Shown here piece by piece: positions 1-8,704 of a stretch of DNA of 32,820 nucleotides. Within the stretch, counting starts at the first letter, position 1. The number at the start of each line of letters is the position of its first letter. The stretch is from Promethearchaeota archaeon (GTDB taxonomy: Archaea; Asgardarchaeota; Lokiarchaeia; Sigyniarchaeales; SOKP01). The notes under the pieces are model-generated. The model saw only the letters and a list, made by a program, of their open reading frames with translations. It ran no database searches and was not told the DNA's origin. The stretch covers positions 1-32,820 of the forward strand of contig JBHLNT010000033.1 of the NCBI GenBank assembly GCA_048941265.1, given 5' to 3'. The position numbers and the translations under genes were made by a program.

Positions 1-630
1 GAGATATTCACCTTAGATATTGAAATGGCTTTTGCTAATATGAATGATGTACTTAAAATTTTAGAGGAAATAGTCCATCAGGTAATTAAAAATGTTAGAG
101 AGAAGGAAATGAATTCCTTAAAATTATTAAATATGGAAAAAAAAACTATTATTCCGGAACTTCCATTTCCCAGATATACTTATGAAGAAATGCTTGATTT
201 GATAAAGACCAAATTTGGGATCTACATAGAATTTGGGGAAGATATTTCTACTGAAGCATATCGTAAATTAGGAAAAGAATTACCTGGATATTATTATATT
301 ACCCATTGGCCAATGTCAATTAAGCCCTTTTATATAATGCCCTCAAAAGATCCCAAATATAGCGAATCGTTTGATTTACAAATGGGATGGCTTGAATTAA
401 CCTCAGGAGGGACAAGAGTGCATAATAGTGAGCAACTACGTCAAACTCTAGAAGCAAAAGGACTCAATCCAGTTGCATTTGAATCCCATCTGAAAGTTTA
501 TGATTTTGGAATGCCGCCACATGCTGGAGTCGGATTAGGGATAGATAGGTGGATTACATTCTTATGTGGGTTAGATGATATAAGAGAAGCAGTAATGTAT
601 CCAAGAACCCCTGATCGACTTACTCCCTAA
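1..630 (+). CDS. aspS: Aspartyl-tRNA synthetase, C-terminal part (gene begins upstream of the window)
   Basis: Frame is open from base 1 (EIFTLDIEMAF). Class IIb motifs KPFY, SESFDL, ELTSGGTRVH and GMPPHAGVGLGIDR, with C-terminal YPRTPDRLTP typical of archaeal AspRS. Confidence 0.93.
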   Translation, partial: EIFTLDIEMAFANMNDVLKILEEIVHQVIKNVREKEMNSLKLLNMEKKTIIPELPFPRYTYEEMLDLIKTKFGIYIEFGEDISTEAYRKLGKELPGYYYITHWPMSIKPFYIMPSKDPKYSESFDLQMGWLELTSGGTRVHNSEQLRQTLEAKGLNPVAFESHLKVYDFGMPPHAGVGLGIDRWITFLCGLDDIREAVMYPRTPDRLTP

Positions 631-665
631 TTTATATAAAAATATTAAAATCTTACCTATATATC

Positions 666-1583
666 ATGAGTGAAGGTTATATTAAAGATTATGTTAAAGC
701 AGGGAAAGCAGTAATTGCTGCTAAAAAATTAGCAAGAAAAATTATTAAACCTGGAGCTTCCTTCTTAGAAGTGGCAAATAAAATAGAAGCAGAGATTTAT
801 AAAAATGATTGCGAATTGGCATTTCCTATTAATATGTCCCTGAATGAAGTAGCAGCACATTATAGCCCGATCATTGACGATGTTACGTTAGTTCCTGAAA
901 AAGGTTTATTGAAAATAGATTCTGGTGCTCATTGCAATGGTTATATAGCTGATTCGGCATTTACCATTAATTTAGATGAAGATCCTATACTTCAAAAGTA
1001 TATTAATGCTGCAAAAGAGGGTCTTGAAGCTGCAATTGAGCTATTTAAACCTGGTACTAAGTTATATGAACTAGGAGAAGTAATCGCTCAAAAAATAATC
1101 AGTCATGGTTTAAGGCCAATTACAAACTTAGGAGGTCATGAATTAAAGCAATATAATTTGCATGCAGGACCTTTTATACCTAATTATAAAGAAACATTGC
1201 ACAATCAAATCTTAAAACCAGGTGACGCTTATGCGTGCGAACCCTTTGCTACATCAGGAGTAGGAAAAGTAGTAAATGGAAAACATTCCTATATTTACCG
1301 CTTTGCCAGAAGAATTAAGAAGAATTTACCTTATGAAGAACAAGGTTATATGAATAAAATTGAAAAAAACACCAAAAATCTCCCTTTCTCTCCTCGGTTA
1401 TTGGAAAATAAGAACATAATACCCAAAAATAAAATTCAAAGAACTATTGATGCATTTGTAAGAAAAAAAATTCTTGATCATTATCCGCTTTTAATTGAAA
1501 GATCTGGTGAATTTGTGGCTCAACAAGAACATACGATAATAATTGACTTGGATGGGAATACAATTGTCACTACAAAAGAATGA
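666..1583 (+). CDS. map: Methionine aminopeptidase, type II
   Basis: AFPINMSLNEVAAHYSP, KIDSGAHCNGYIADSAFT, NLGGH, ACEPFAT and AQQEHT metal-binding motifs, plus the type II helical insertion. Confidence 0.96.
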   Translation: MSEGYIKDYVKAGKAVIAAKKLARKIIKPGASFLEVANKIEAEIYKNDCELAFPINMSLNEVAAHYSPIIDDVTLVPEKGLLKIDSGAHCNGYIADSAFTINLDEDPILQKYINAAKEGLEAAIELFKPGTKLYELGEVIAQKIISHGLRPITNLGGHELKQYNLHAGPFIPNYKETLHNQILKPGDAYACEPFATSGVGKVVNGKHSYIYRFARRIKKNLPYEEQGYMNKIEKNTKNLPFSPRLLENKNIIPKNKIQRTIDAFVRKKILDHYPLLIERSGEFVAQQEHTIIIDLDGNTIVTTKE

Positions 1584-2400
1584 TGTAAAGAATATTATTA
1601 TTGCTGTTATATTATGTGCTGGAGAGGGCAAAAGATTAAATGAAATTATTAAGGACATTCCAAAATCCTTGATAAAGATTAACGCCTTAGGCAATAAATC
1701 GATATTACATCATACTATTGAATTATTACATAAATTAGGAGTTTTTCAAATAGCTATAGTCAAGGGTCATTTAGGTAAGAAGATTGACGAATTTTTTGAT
1801 TTATTGACAAAGAACAATATGCAATTAAAAGAAAAACTGATTTTGATTGATTCTTTAGAGCAATATAAATTAGGACCACTCTATTCTTTTCTTTCAATCA
1901 CTAAGCATAAAAATATTTTCCAAGATAAATATCACTATCTCATAATTCCTGGAGACACAGTTTTTCAATACGACCTTATATATGAGATTATCTCAATTTT
2001 AGATGAGAAATATAAATTAAGGCTAATATATCCTCTAATTTTTTATAGAAAAATTAAAGTAAGTTCTCTGAGACAAAGAACTAAATCGGAATCAATTTCA
2101 ATTATAGAGTTAAAGAAAATTAATTCGCAAAAATTTCTTAAAAGCATTAATCAAGTGAAATTAGATGATCTTTCAAACGCTGAATTTATTAATCAAATTA
2201 TCCCGGTTTTTTTATTTCCCTATCAATTCATCCAAGAAATTATCAATATGGTAAAATTAATTTCTGTGCATACGATAAAAGAAATTGTAAATCAATTGAT
2301 AATCAGGGGTAGTAAAATTTTAGCCATCATGATTGACGATGATTATAATTTCTATGACATAGACACTGAGTTAGATTTAATTGAAATAGAAAAATTGTAA
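1564..2400 (+). CDS. NTP transferase family protein (sugar/choline/inositol-phosphate nucleotidyltransferase-like); probable TTG start at 1564, overlapping the map stop
   Basis: N-terminal ILCAGEGKRL...PKSL signature, PGD motif and C-terminal DIDT. The start is uncertain (1543, 1552 or 1564). Confidence 0.8.
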   Translation: MSLQKNDVKNIIIAVILCAGEGKRLNEIIKDIPKSLIKINALGNKSILHHTIELLHKLGVFQIAIVKGHLGKKIDEFFDLLTKNNMQLKEKLILIDSLEQYKLGPLYSFLSITKHKNIFQDKYHYLIIPGDTVFQYDLIYEIISILDEKYKLRLIYPLIFYRKIKVSSLRQRTKSESISIIELKKINSQKFLKSINQVKLDDLSNAEFINQIIPVFLFPYQFIQEIINMVKLISVHTIKEIVNQLIIRGSKILAIMIDDDYNFYDIDTELDLIEIEKL

Positions 2401-2408
2401 AAAAAAGG

Positions 2409-3000
2409 TGGGAAAATAAGAGTCTCCGAATATTGTATAATTCTCTGGGATTTTGCTTCTATGGGTTTAAGATCTCCTGAGAATTTTTATTCATTCATTC
2501 GGAATAAAGTTCCCAATATAAAAACACACTTAAATTCTATGAGATTTTAGACGTAACGTACTCTCTATCTCGGAAGCAGTAAGTTTTTTGGATTTTCAGA
2601 GGTAATTTTATTTTAGTACCCAATAAATATTGCTTTTGTGGTAATTCATTGTAAAAAAGTACTACTTCGTAAAGTTATAAATGTATTAATCATAGTGAGA
2701 GAAACTCTTTGAATTTAAATGTATCATTTATCTTCCGTATCAACGGATTTTATTCTTTTTTAGAAATTTTGATATTTAAATGTTATATGCAGTGATTCGA
2801 AGTAAATTAGTACCATTATACTAATGTACTAAGGAATTTTAGGTAAAATAACATTAGATTTTAGTGTATTTTTTAATCTCCGCAAAAATAAAAAAAAAAA
2901 TTTCGTCGGAAATTATGAATCAATTAATTTTATGCTTACAACTAACCAATGTTTAGTTCCGCATTAACGAAATTTAAACCAATGCTTATTTATTTTCCCA
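2409..3000 (+). ncRNA. Candidate large structured non-coding RNA (~590 nt), family unknown
   Basis: No ORF of 60 aa or more. Termini pair (TGGGAAAATAA 2409-2419 / TTATTTTCCCA 2990-3000). More than 10 nested helices were found by eye, several needing G-U pairs that work only on the + strand. Confidence 0.55.
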
Positions 3001-3196
3001 AATAATTAATATAAAAATGAGATATATAAATCTTCCTATTAATTTTTCCAAATTCTCAAAAATTATATTAAACTGAAAATATCATGCATAAATCGTTTCT
3101 ATTGCTAGATTAATAAAGAGAAAATGTATAAAAATCAAGTTTTTATTTGATTTAATTTATCTTATTATTAAACAATCAATTTATCTTTAATTCAAC

Positions 3197-3583
3197 ATGT
3201 CAGATAAAGGAGACATCTCGATCCGAATAGAAATTTTCGGTGTGGGAAATGTAGAGGGGGTCATAATAAGACATTTAGGTCCCATTTCGGCAGATGCGAT
3301 TCTAAGCAAATTGCCTTTTGTTCTAAGAGGGAGATTTGCTATTGGGTCGAAAAATTATTGGACTCTTCCAATTGGAATAAAAAAAGGTCCCGACTCTAAA
3401 GCTACAAAAAATGTGGAAAAAGGGGATATAATATATAATCCTAAAACAGATGAGATGATTATTCTTTTAGAAACTATTGAAATGCCAAATAAAGTAAATA
3501 AAATTGGCAGAATTACGGCTAATATCGAATTGTTTCATAAAGCAACTAATGGAATGAATACAAAAATATCTCTATTAAAATAA
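3197..3583 (+). CDS. Cyclophilin-like fold protein (TM1367/DUF369-like, archaeal)
   Basis: GPISADAILSKLP, VEKGDIIYNP and VNKIGRI match the small archaeal cyclophilin-like family pattern; 128 aa. Confidence 0.7.
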   Translation: MSDKGDISIRIEIFGVGNVEGVIIRHLGPISADAILSKLPFVLRGRFAIGSKNYWTLPIGIKKGPDSKATKNVEKGDIIYNPKTDEMIILLETIEMPNKVNKIGRITANIELFHKATNGMNTKISLLK

Positions 3584-3603
3584 AAAAAGCATTAAGGTTT
3601 GTA

Positions 3604-4446
3604 ATGGCAATCGAAAGAAAATTGACAAGCGTCTTTATGTTCTTTTATTTAGCCGTAATAATTTACCTATTATTATTTATATTAGTCCCTAGCATTAAGG
3701 AAGCAATTATGCAATCTAGGCAAGATATTGCGAATTTAACTGAAGGATCAAATTATTACTGGGCACTGTTATTTGCCCTAATAATATGTTTCATAGGATC
3801 TGCTTCAATTGGTTTTCCTGTTCCGTTCCCTTTTGTGCTGTTCAGCCTATCTAATTCAATATATTTAAGATTTACAAATCAAGGGCTAATATTAAGCGAA
3901 ATTTTAATGAATGGTCAATTCTGGCTTGAAATTATGGGCATCGCGATTGCTGGCGGCCTTGGTGCAGCTTTAGGTGAAATCACGAGCTTTATATTAGGTC
4001 GCGGAACAAAAATTATAGTCGAAAAATCAGATAAAAAATCAAAAGTTCTTTACAATATTGAAGGTTTTGGAAAATTAATAATAGAGCATCCAAATAGAAT
4101 GTATCTATATGTCTTTATTGCCGCGGCTCTTCCTATTCCTGATGATCCTCTTTGGATAGCCTTAGGAATGTCAGAAAAGAAAATTAGTATACCAAAATTA
4201 ATTATCGCAGGTTGGGCTGGAAAAACAATTACTACCACATTTTACGTGTTGCTTCCCATACTAATTATTTTAGGATTTGCCGCCTCGGGCATTGAAGTAA
4301 ATGATGAATCAACAGTAATTACTGAAGCAATCATGCTTTTGGTTACACTTACTATAATGTTCTTTATCTTAGCTTTCGATTGGAATAAATTCCTTGAAGA
4401 TAAAAGAAAACAGCTGAAGCAAATTATGAACTATCGTAAAAACTAA
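3604..4446 (+). CDS. DedA/VTT-domain membrane protein
   Basis: Multiple TM segments. GSASIGFPVPF re-entrant motif, GLGAALGEITSFILGR, ALPIPDD and WAGK. Confidence 0.82.
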   Translation: MAIERKLTSVFMFFYLAVIIYLLLFILVPSIKEAIMQSRQDIANLTEGSNYYWALLFALIICFIGSASIGFPVPFPFVLFSLSNSIYLRFTNQGLILSEILMNGQFWLEIMGIAIAGGLGAALGEITSFILGRGTKIIVEKSDKKSKVLYNIEGFGKLIIEHPNRMYLYVFIAAALPIPDDPLWIALGMSEKKISIPKLIIAGWAGKTITTTFYVLLPILIILGFAASGIEVNDESTVITEAIMLLVTLTIMFFILAFDWNKFLEDKRKQLKQIMNYRKN

Positions 4447-4478
4447 TAATTATTGCTTTTAATGAGAACTGGAACTCA

Positions 4479-4652
4479 CTACTTGTTATTATTTAAACAA
4501 TTCTTACAGACGAATACAATTTTTTGTTTATTACCTGAATTTTCGTCATGGTAGATTTGTTTAAAAATATAGCTTCCGCAAATCTCACAAACCGCTGGTG
4601 TTCGGGATTCTCCCAATAATGGTCCTAAATGCTTAAAATTAGCTGATGTCAT
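4479..4652 (-). CDS. Small zinc-ribbon protein, 57 aa (not in the ORF track)
   Basis: Manual translation: MTSANFKHLGPLLGESRTPAVCEICGSYIFKQIYHDENSGNKQKIVFVCKNCLNNNK*. It has two CxxC pairs, and its ATG lies 3 bp after the Alba-like stop codon. Confidence 0.8.
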   Translation of the reverse strand: MTSANFKHLGPLLGESRTPAVCEICGSYIFKQIYHDENSGNKQKIVFVCKNCLNNNK

Positions 4653-4655
4653 AAA

Positions 4656-4976
4656 TCACATTAACGTCTTGGTTTTGAGCGTAATCTCAATCTGTGAAAC
4701 TAAATCTTTTTTATTCCGATTATTATATTTGTTATAATTACTCCCTCTTTTTCTACGTACAAAAAATGGACGACTCCCTAAAGAGACATTTCCTATTTCT
4801 ATTCCAGGATACAGTCTACTTTTTAGAATTTCGGCAATTTCTACAGCAGTCGATATTTCATCTCCTTCACCTTTAATTAGAAGGGATTTTTGACCGCCAG
4901 AAAAAGCAAAAATTACGTCTTTAATAATTTTCTCTTTCTCTCTTCTATTTTTGATATAAAAAACGTTATTATCCAT
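4656..4976 (-). CDS. Divergent Alba-family nucleic-acid-binding protein
   Basis: NVFYI...LLIKGEGDEISTAVEIAEILKSR...IGNVSLGS...VSQIEITL follows the Alba pattern (IKARGRAISRAVDVAE...IGS...VSTIEIxL). Confidence 0.82.
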   Translation of the reverse strand: MDNNVFYIKNRREKEKIIKDVIFAFSGGQKSLLIKGEGDEISTAVEIAEILKSRLYPGIEIGNVSLGSRPFFVRRKRGSNYNKYNNRNKKDLVSQIEITLKTKTLM

Positions 4977-5204
4977 GAAAAATCATAAGATTAAATTGTA
5001 TTTGAAATAAAAGAAGTTTTACATTAAGTTACATGTTTTTATTGTTATAAAAGTTTGCTATAATCTATAAGGTTATTTTGATTTCAAAATATTTAAACTT
5101 GCTTTAATTTTATTATCTAATTTTTTCTTTATAATATAGAGTGTAGATTTTAAAAATCTGGTTTCAATATATTAAGTATATTTAAAATTCATATCTAAAA
5201 AACG

Positions 5205-5747
5205 ATGAAAGTTATAGGTTTTTGTGGTTTACCTGGTTCTGGGAAATCTACAGCAATAGAAGCAATAGCTGAGCTAGGGAAAATAATAACAATGGGAGAT
5301 GTTATTAGAGATGAGGCAAAAAATAGAAATATTGAACCTTCCGGAAAAAATTTAGGTAAAATTGCTAAAGAATTAAGAAAAAAGGGAGGATCTGCTATAA
5401 TTGCTAAAAAATGTATTGAATTAATTAAAAATTTAGATGATGAGATAATTATAGTAGATGGAATCAGATCATTTTATGAAGTAAATGAATTTCGTAGAGA
5501 ATGGAAATTTCCGTTAATAGCCATAGAATTAAATGATCAGGAGAGAATTAAAAGGCTTTATGATAGAGCTCGGAGTGATGATTCAAAAACCATTAATGAG
5601 ATAAAACAGAGGGATCAAAGAGAGATCGGTTTTGGACTCAAAGAAGTGGTAAATAAGGCAAATTATAAAATTCAAAATGATTCAACTGTAGAAGAACTAA
5701 AAAAGAAAACAAGGAATATTGTCTTAGAAATACTCCAAACCTATTGA
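5205..5747 (+). CDS. UPF0200 / dephospho-CoA-kinase-like P-loop kinase
   Basis: GLPGSGKS Walker A, MGDVIR, VDGIRS, RARSDD and RDQREIGFG. Confidence 0.85.
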   Translation: MKVIGFCGLPGSGKSTAIEAIAELGKIITMGDVIRDEAKNRNIEPSGKNLGKIAKELRKKGGSAIIAKKCIELIKNLDDEIIIVDGIRSFYEVNEFRREWKFPLIAIELNDQERIKRLYDRARSDDSKTINEIKQRDQREIGFGLKEVVNKANYKIQNDSTVEELKKKTRNIVLEILQTY

Positions 5748-5758
5748 AAACAACGTGT

Positions 5759-6664
5759 TTATCTTAAATAATCTGCGATTGGTTTTGCTAAAGAGACTTT
5801 TGCAACTTCATTGTCTATGGAATCAGTACCGATAATTTCATCTGCTCCCGCTTTTAATATGCGATATTTAGCATTTTGTAATAGAAGAGCGTGTGAAGCA
5901 ACCGCATAAACCTTACGAGCCCCACTCTCTTTAGAAAGCTTTATTGCTGTAGCCATAGTTCCTCCAGTTGCGATAATATCATCTGAAATTACGACATCTT
6001 TTTCCTTAAGACTTAATTTGCCTGACATTGTTATCTCACCCGTTTTCACATCTCTTTTTTTATCAAAAAAATCCACTGGCACTTCCTCTCCAAAATATTT
6101 AGCAAATGCTTTCGATCTTTCCACAGCACCTTTATCAGGAGCAACAACGACTATATCTTTAGCACCTAAAGATTTAATATAATCCGCCAACATTCTCATA
6201 GTGTCAATATTTACTACTTTATTACATATTAAATCTTGCAAAACCTTAGGAGCATGCACATCACATACATATAGCTCATCTATTCTCATAGAGTCAATTA
6301 TACTCAAAATTACATTAGCAAATACACATTCCCCTGGTCTAAAAATTTTATCTTGCCGGGCATAAGCGAGATAAGGTATAATTACGATAATTTTTGCAGC
6401 TCCCATCCGCTTTACAGCATCAATCATCATGAAAAGTTCGAATAATCTGTTGTTTTGGTTTCCACTGGAACTCGGACCTGTGGACTGAACGATAATCACA
6501 TCTTTTTCTGCTATTTTTGTTTCATCTTCAATATCAATACGTAAATAGTTTTCTCCATCCGGGAAAGTCTTGAATTCAGTGTTAAAACTTTCTATTCCCA
6601 ATTCATTAGCAATTTTTACTCCGAGAATTTGGGAAGCGGGTCCTACAATTAGGATTTTATTCAT
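5759..6664 (-). CDS. prs: Ribose-phosphate pyrophosphokinase
   Basis: FPDGE, PYLAYARQDK, DVH, APDKGA and DDIIATGGT. Confidence 0.97.
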   Translation of the reverse strand: MNKILIVGPASQILGVKIANELGIESFNTEFKTFPDGENYLRIDIEDETKIAEKDVIIVQSTGPSSSGNQNNRLFELFMMIDAVKRMGAAKIIVIIPYLAYARQDKIFRPGECVFANVILSIIDSMRIDELYVCDVHAPKVLQDLICNKVVNIDTMRMLADYIKSLGAKDIVVVAPDKGAVERSKAFAKYFGEEVPVDFFDKKRDVKTGEITMSGKLSLKEKDVVISDDIIATGGTMATAIKLSKESGARKVYAVASHALLLQNAKYRILKAGADEIIGTDSIDNEVAKVSLAKPIADYLR

Positions 6665-6713
6665 TATCTTTTCACTTTTTAATATTTTGATATATTATTT
6701 ATTACTCTCTTTT

Positions 6714-7445
6714 TTATAATTTTTTTAAAAATTCTAGTGAATGCTCAAAAATCTCATCGCGATGCCCTCTAAATGAATGTCCCCCCTCTTCAAAGGCTAA
6801 TGAATTCTCATCATTTAATCCGAGATGTTCTTTAATATGAATAAAATTTTCAAACGGGACAATATCGTCATCTCGACAATGAGCAATTAAAATTCGTTGA
6901 TTATTTAAGGGATTTTTGTTCAAAAAATATTTTGGACTAATTTTTTTTATGATCTCTTTAGAGAATTTTATTCTGTGGATTTCATAGTCATAACGCCCAG
7001 ATAAAGCGATCAAGATTTTTGCTCTATGATCTATAAATCCATGTGTTAAAATAATGGCGGCCCCTAAACTTCTCCCTAATAATGCAATTTTTTTATCCAA
7101 CAGTCTTTTAGATTGCTCTTCTAAAATCCAACTAATTACTTCGTTGATATCTGAATAAATTTTTGGATACATTTGATATCCTCTTTTAGAAAATAGTTCC
7201 CCTGTCTCCTTTGCAGTTTCTCCGTGGCCACGGTAATCATAAGATAAAATATAATATCCCACTTTAGCGAAATTTTCATTGTAAGAATTAATAAATTTAG
7301 TTTTTCTATGACCCCCAAAAGCTGCTAATGTAATTATCCATGGAGCCTTATTAGGCGTATGAGACGTAAAATATATGGATCCCTTAAGAGTGACATTATC
7401 TGATTTTATCGGAATGTCAACATTTTCGATTTGAATATTTTCCAT
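6714..7445 (-). CDS. Alpha/beta hydrolase (tandem paralog A)
   Basis: YDYRGHGET, nucleophile GRSLG, HCRDD acid residue and GGHSF His. Confidence 0.9.
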   Translation of the reverse strand: MENIQIENVDIPIKSDNVTLKGSIYFTSHTPNKAPWIITLAAFGGHRKTKFINSYNENFAKVGYYILSYDYRGHGETAKETGELFSKRGYQMYPKIYSDINEVISWILEEQSKRLLDKKIALLGRSLGAAIILTHGFIDHRAKILIALSGRYDYEIHRIKFSKEIIKKISPKYFLNKNPLNNQRILIAHCRDDDIVPFENFIHIKEHLGLNDENSLAFEEGGHSFRGHRDEIFEHSLEFLKKL

Positions 7446-7506
7446 GATGAAAAAATATATTCTTTCTTTAAAATTTATTAAAAAATATGCTTAATTTTTT
7501 GATTCT

Positions 7507-8232
7507 CTATATATGTTTTTTTAAAAATTCAATAGATTTCTCAAAAATTTCGTCTCTATGGTCCTTAAAAGAATGGCCTCCGGTATCAAATACAATAACA
7601 TTTTCCTCTGATAACCCAAGTTGTTCCTTTATAGACTCAAAATTGTGAAAGGGTATTCGTGGATCATCACGACAATGTGCTATTAAAATTCTTTCATTAT
7701 TCTTAGGATCTTTTCTCAAAAAATATCTAGGACTGACTTTTTCTACAATATCTTCGGGAAATTTAATAGATCCTACAGTATGATAATCATATCGAGCACA
7801 GAGCGATATAAGAACTTTAGCTCTCTGATCCATAAAACCTCGCGTCAAAATTATTGCTCCTCCCCAACTCCTTCCAAATAGCGCAATTTTCTCATCTAGC
7901 AGTCTATGAGATTGATTCTCTATAATCCAAGCTATAACTTCATTAAAATCAGAAAATATTTCCGATATCATCTTTAGTACATTTTTACCTGTCTGTTTTG
8001 CAGTCTCTCCATGCCCCCGATAATCATATGATAAAACATAATATCCTGCTTTAGCAAACTTTTCAGTATATAATTTTACAAAATAACTTTCTCTGTGATC
8101 CATCATACCAGCCAAATTTACAATCCATATTCCTTTTGAAGGAGTATTTAATGAATAATAAATAGAGCCTTTAAGATTGATATTATCAGATTTGATAGGA
8201 ATATCAATATTTTCGATATGAAGATCTTCCAT
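7507..8232 (-). CDS. Alpha/beta hydrolase (tandem paralog B)
   Basis: YDYRGHGET, GRSWG, HCRDD and GGHSF; colinear with 6714-7445 over the full length. Confidence 0.9.
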   Translation of the reverse strand: MEDLHIENIDIPIKSDNINLKGSIYYSLNTPSKGIWIVNLAGMMDHRESYFVKLYTEKFAKAGYYVLSYDYRGHGETAKQTGKNVLKMISEIFSDFNEVIAWIIENQSHRLLDEKIALFGRSWGGAIILTRGFMDQRAKVLISLCARYDYHTVGSIKFPEDIVEKVSPRYFLRKDPKNNERILIAHCRDDPRIPFHNFESIKEQLGLSEENVIVFDTGGHSFKDHRDEIFEKSIEFLKKHI

Positions 8233-8254
8233 TATGAATTGTAATTAGGTTTCA

Positions 8255-8686
8255 TTATTTTTTATATTTTTGAATTGCACATTTTAATGTTCTTATGGCT
8301 AATTCGGCACAATGTTTTTCATTATTAGGTATTCCCGCTAATGCCTCATCCAGATTTTCTGGTTTTAAACTCTCTGCAAATTCTAAAGATCTACCTTCAA
8401 TTAATAATGTAGTTTGACTCGCAGTAGCTACCATAACGCCACAACCATCTGTTATAAAATTTGCTTTAGCAATTACATCATCCTCTATTTTTAAATATAA
8501 TCCTAAGAAATAATTTCTAGGCCCTCCTCTATATTCCTCAGACACCGTTATATCTTTCTTCGGAGGTTTTCCCCAATTTTGAGGATTATGAAATAAATTT
8601 ACAATTTTCTCATTATGATCCTCAATATCTTTTTTGATTATTTCTTTTTGAAGTTTTTTTACAAACTTATCAAAATTTTCTGACAT
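8255..8686 (-). CDS. NifU/IscU N-terminal-type Fe-S scaffold-like protein lacking the first Cys
   Basis: FHNPQNWG, ANFITDGCG...ATAS and KHCAELA. Confidence 0.85.
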   Translation of the reverse strand: MSENFDKFVKKLQKEIIKKDIEDHNEKIVNLFHNPQNWGKPPKKDITVSEEYRGGPRNYFLGLYLKIEDDVIAKANFITDGCGVMVATASQTTLLIEGRSLEFAESLKPENLDEALAGIPNNEKHCAELAIRTLKCAIQKYKK

Positions 8687-8704
8687 TTTATTAATTCGGG
8701 CGGA

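Noticed and set aside
2565-2585. CGGAAGCAG resembling the SRP RNA helix 8 motif
   Set aside because: The matching CAGG strand and GNRA-capped hairpin are absent, and the segment pairs with 2454-2459 instead.
2409-3000. MITE / non-autonomous transposon reading of the 11-bp terminal inverted repeat
   Set aside because: There is no target-site duplication, second copy or transposase in the window, and the nested G-U-containing helices fit an RNA better. It cannot be fully excluded without a genome-wide copy search.
8255-8686. Selenocysteine replacing the missing IscU Cys
   Set aside because: There is no in-frame TGA at that position; the codons read Gly-Gly-Pro-Arg.
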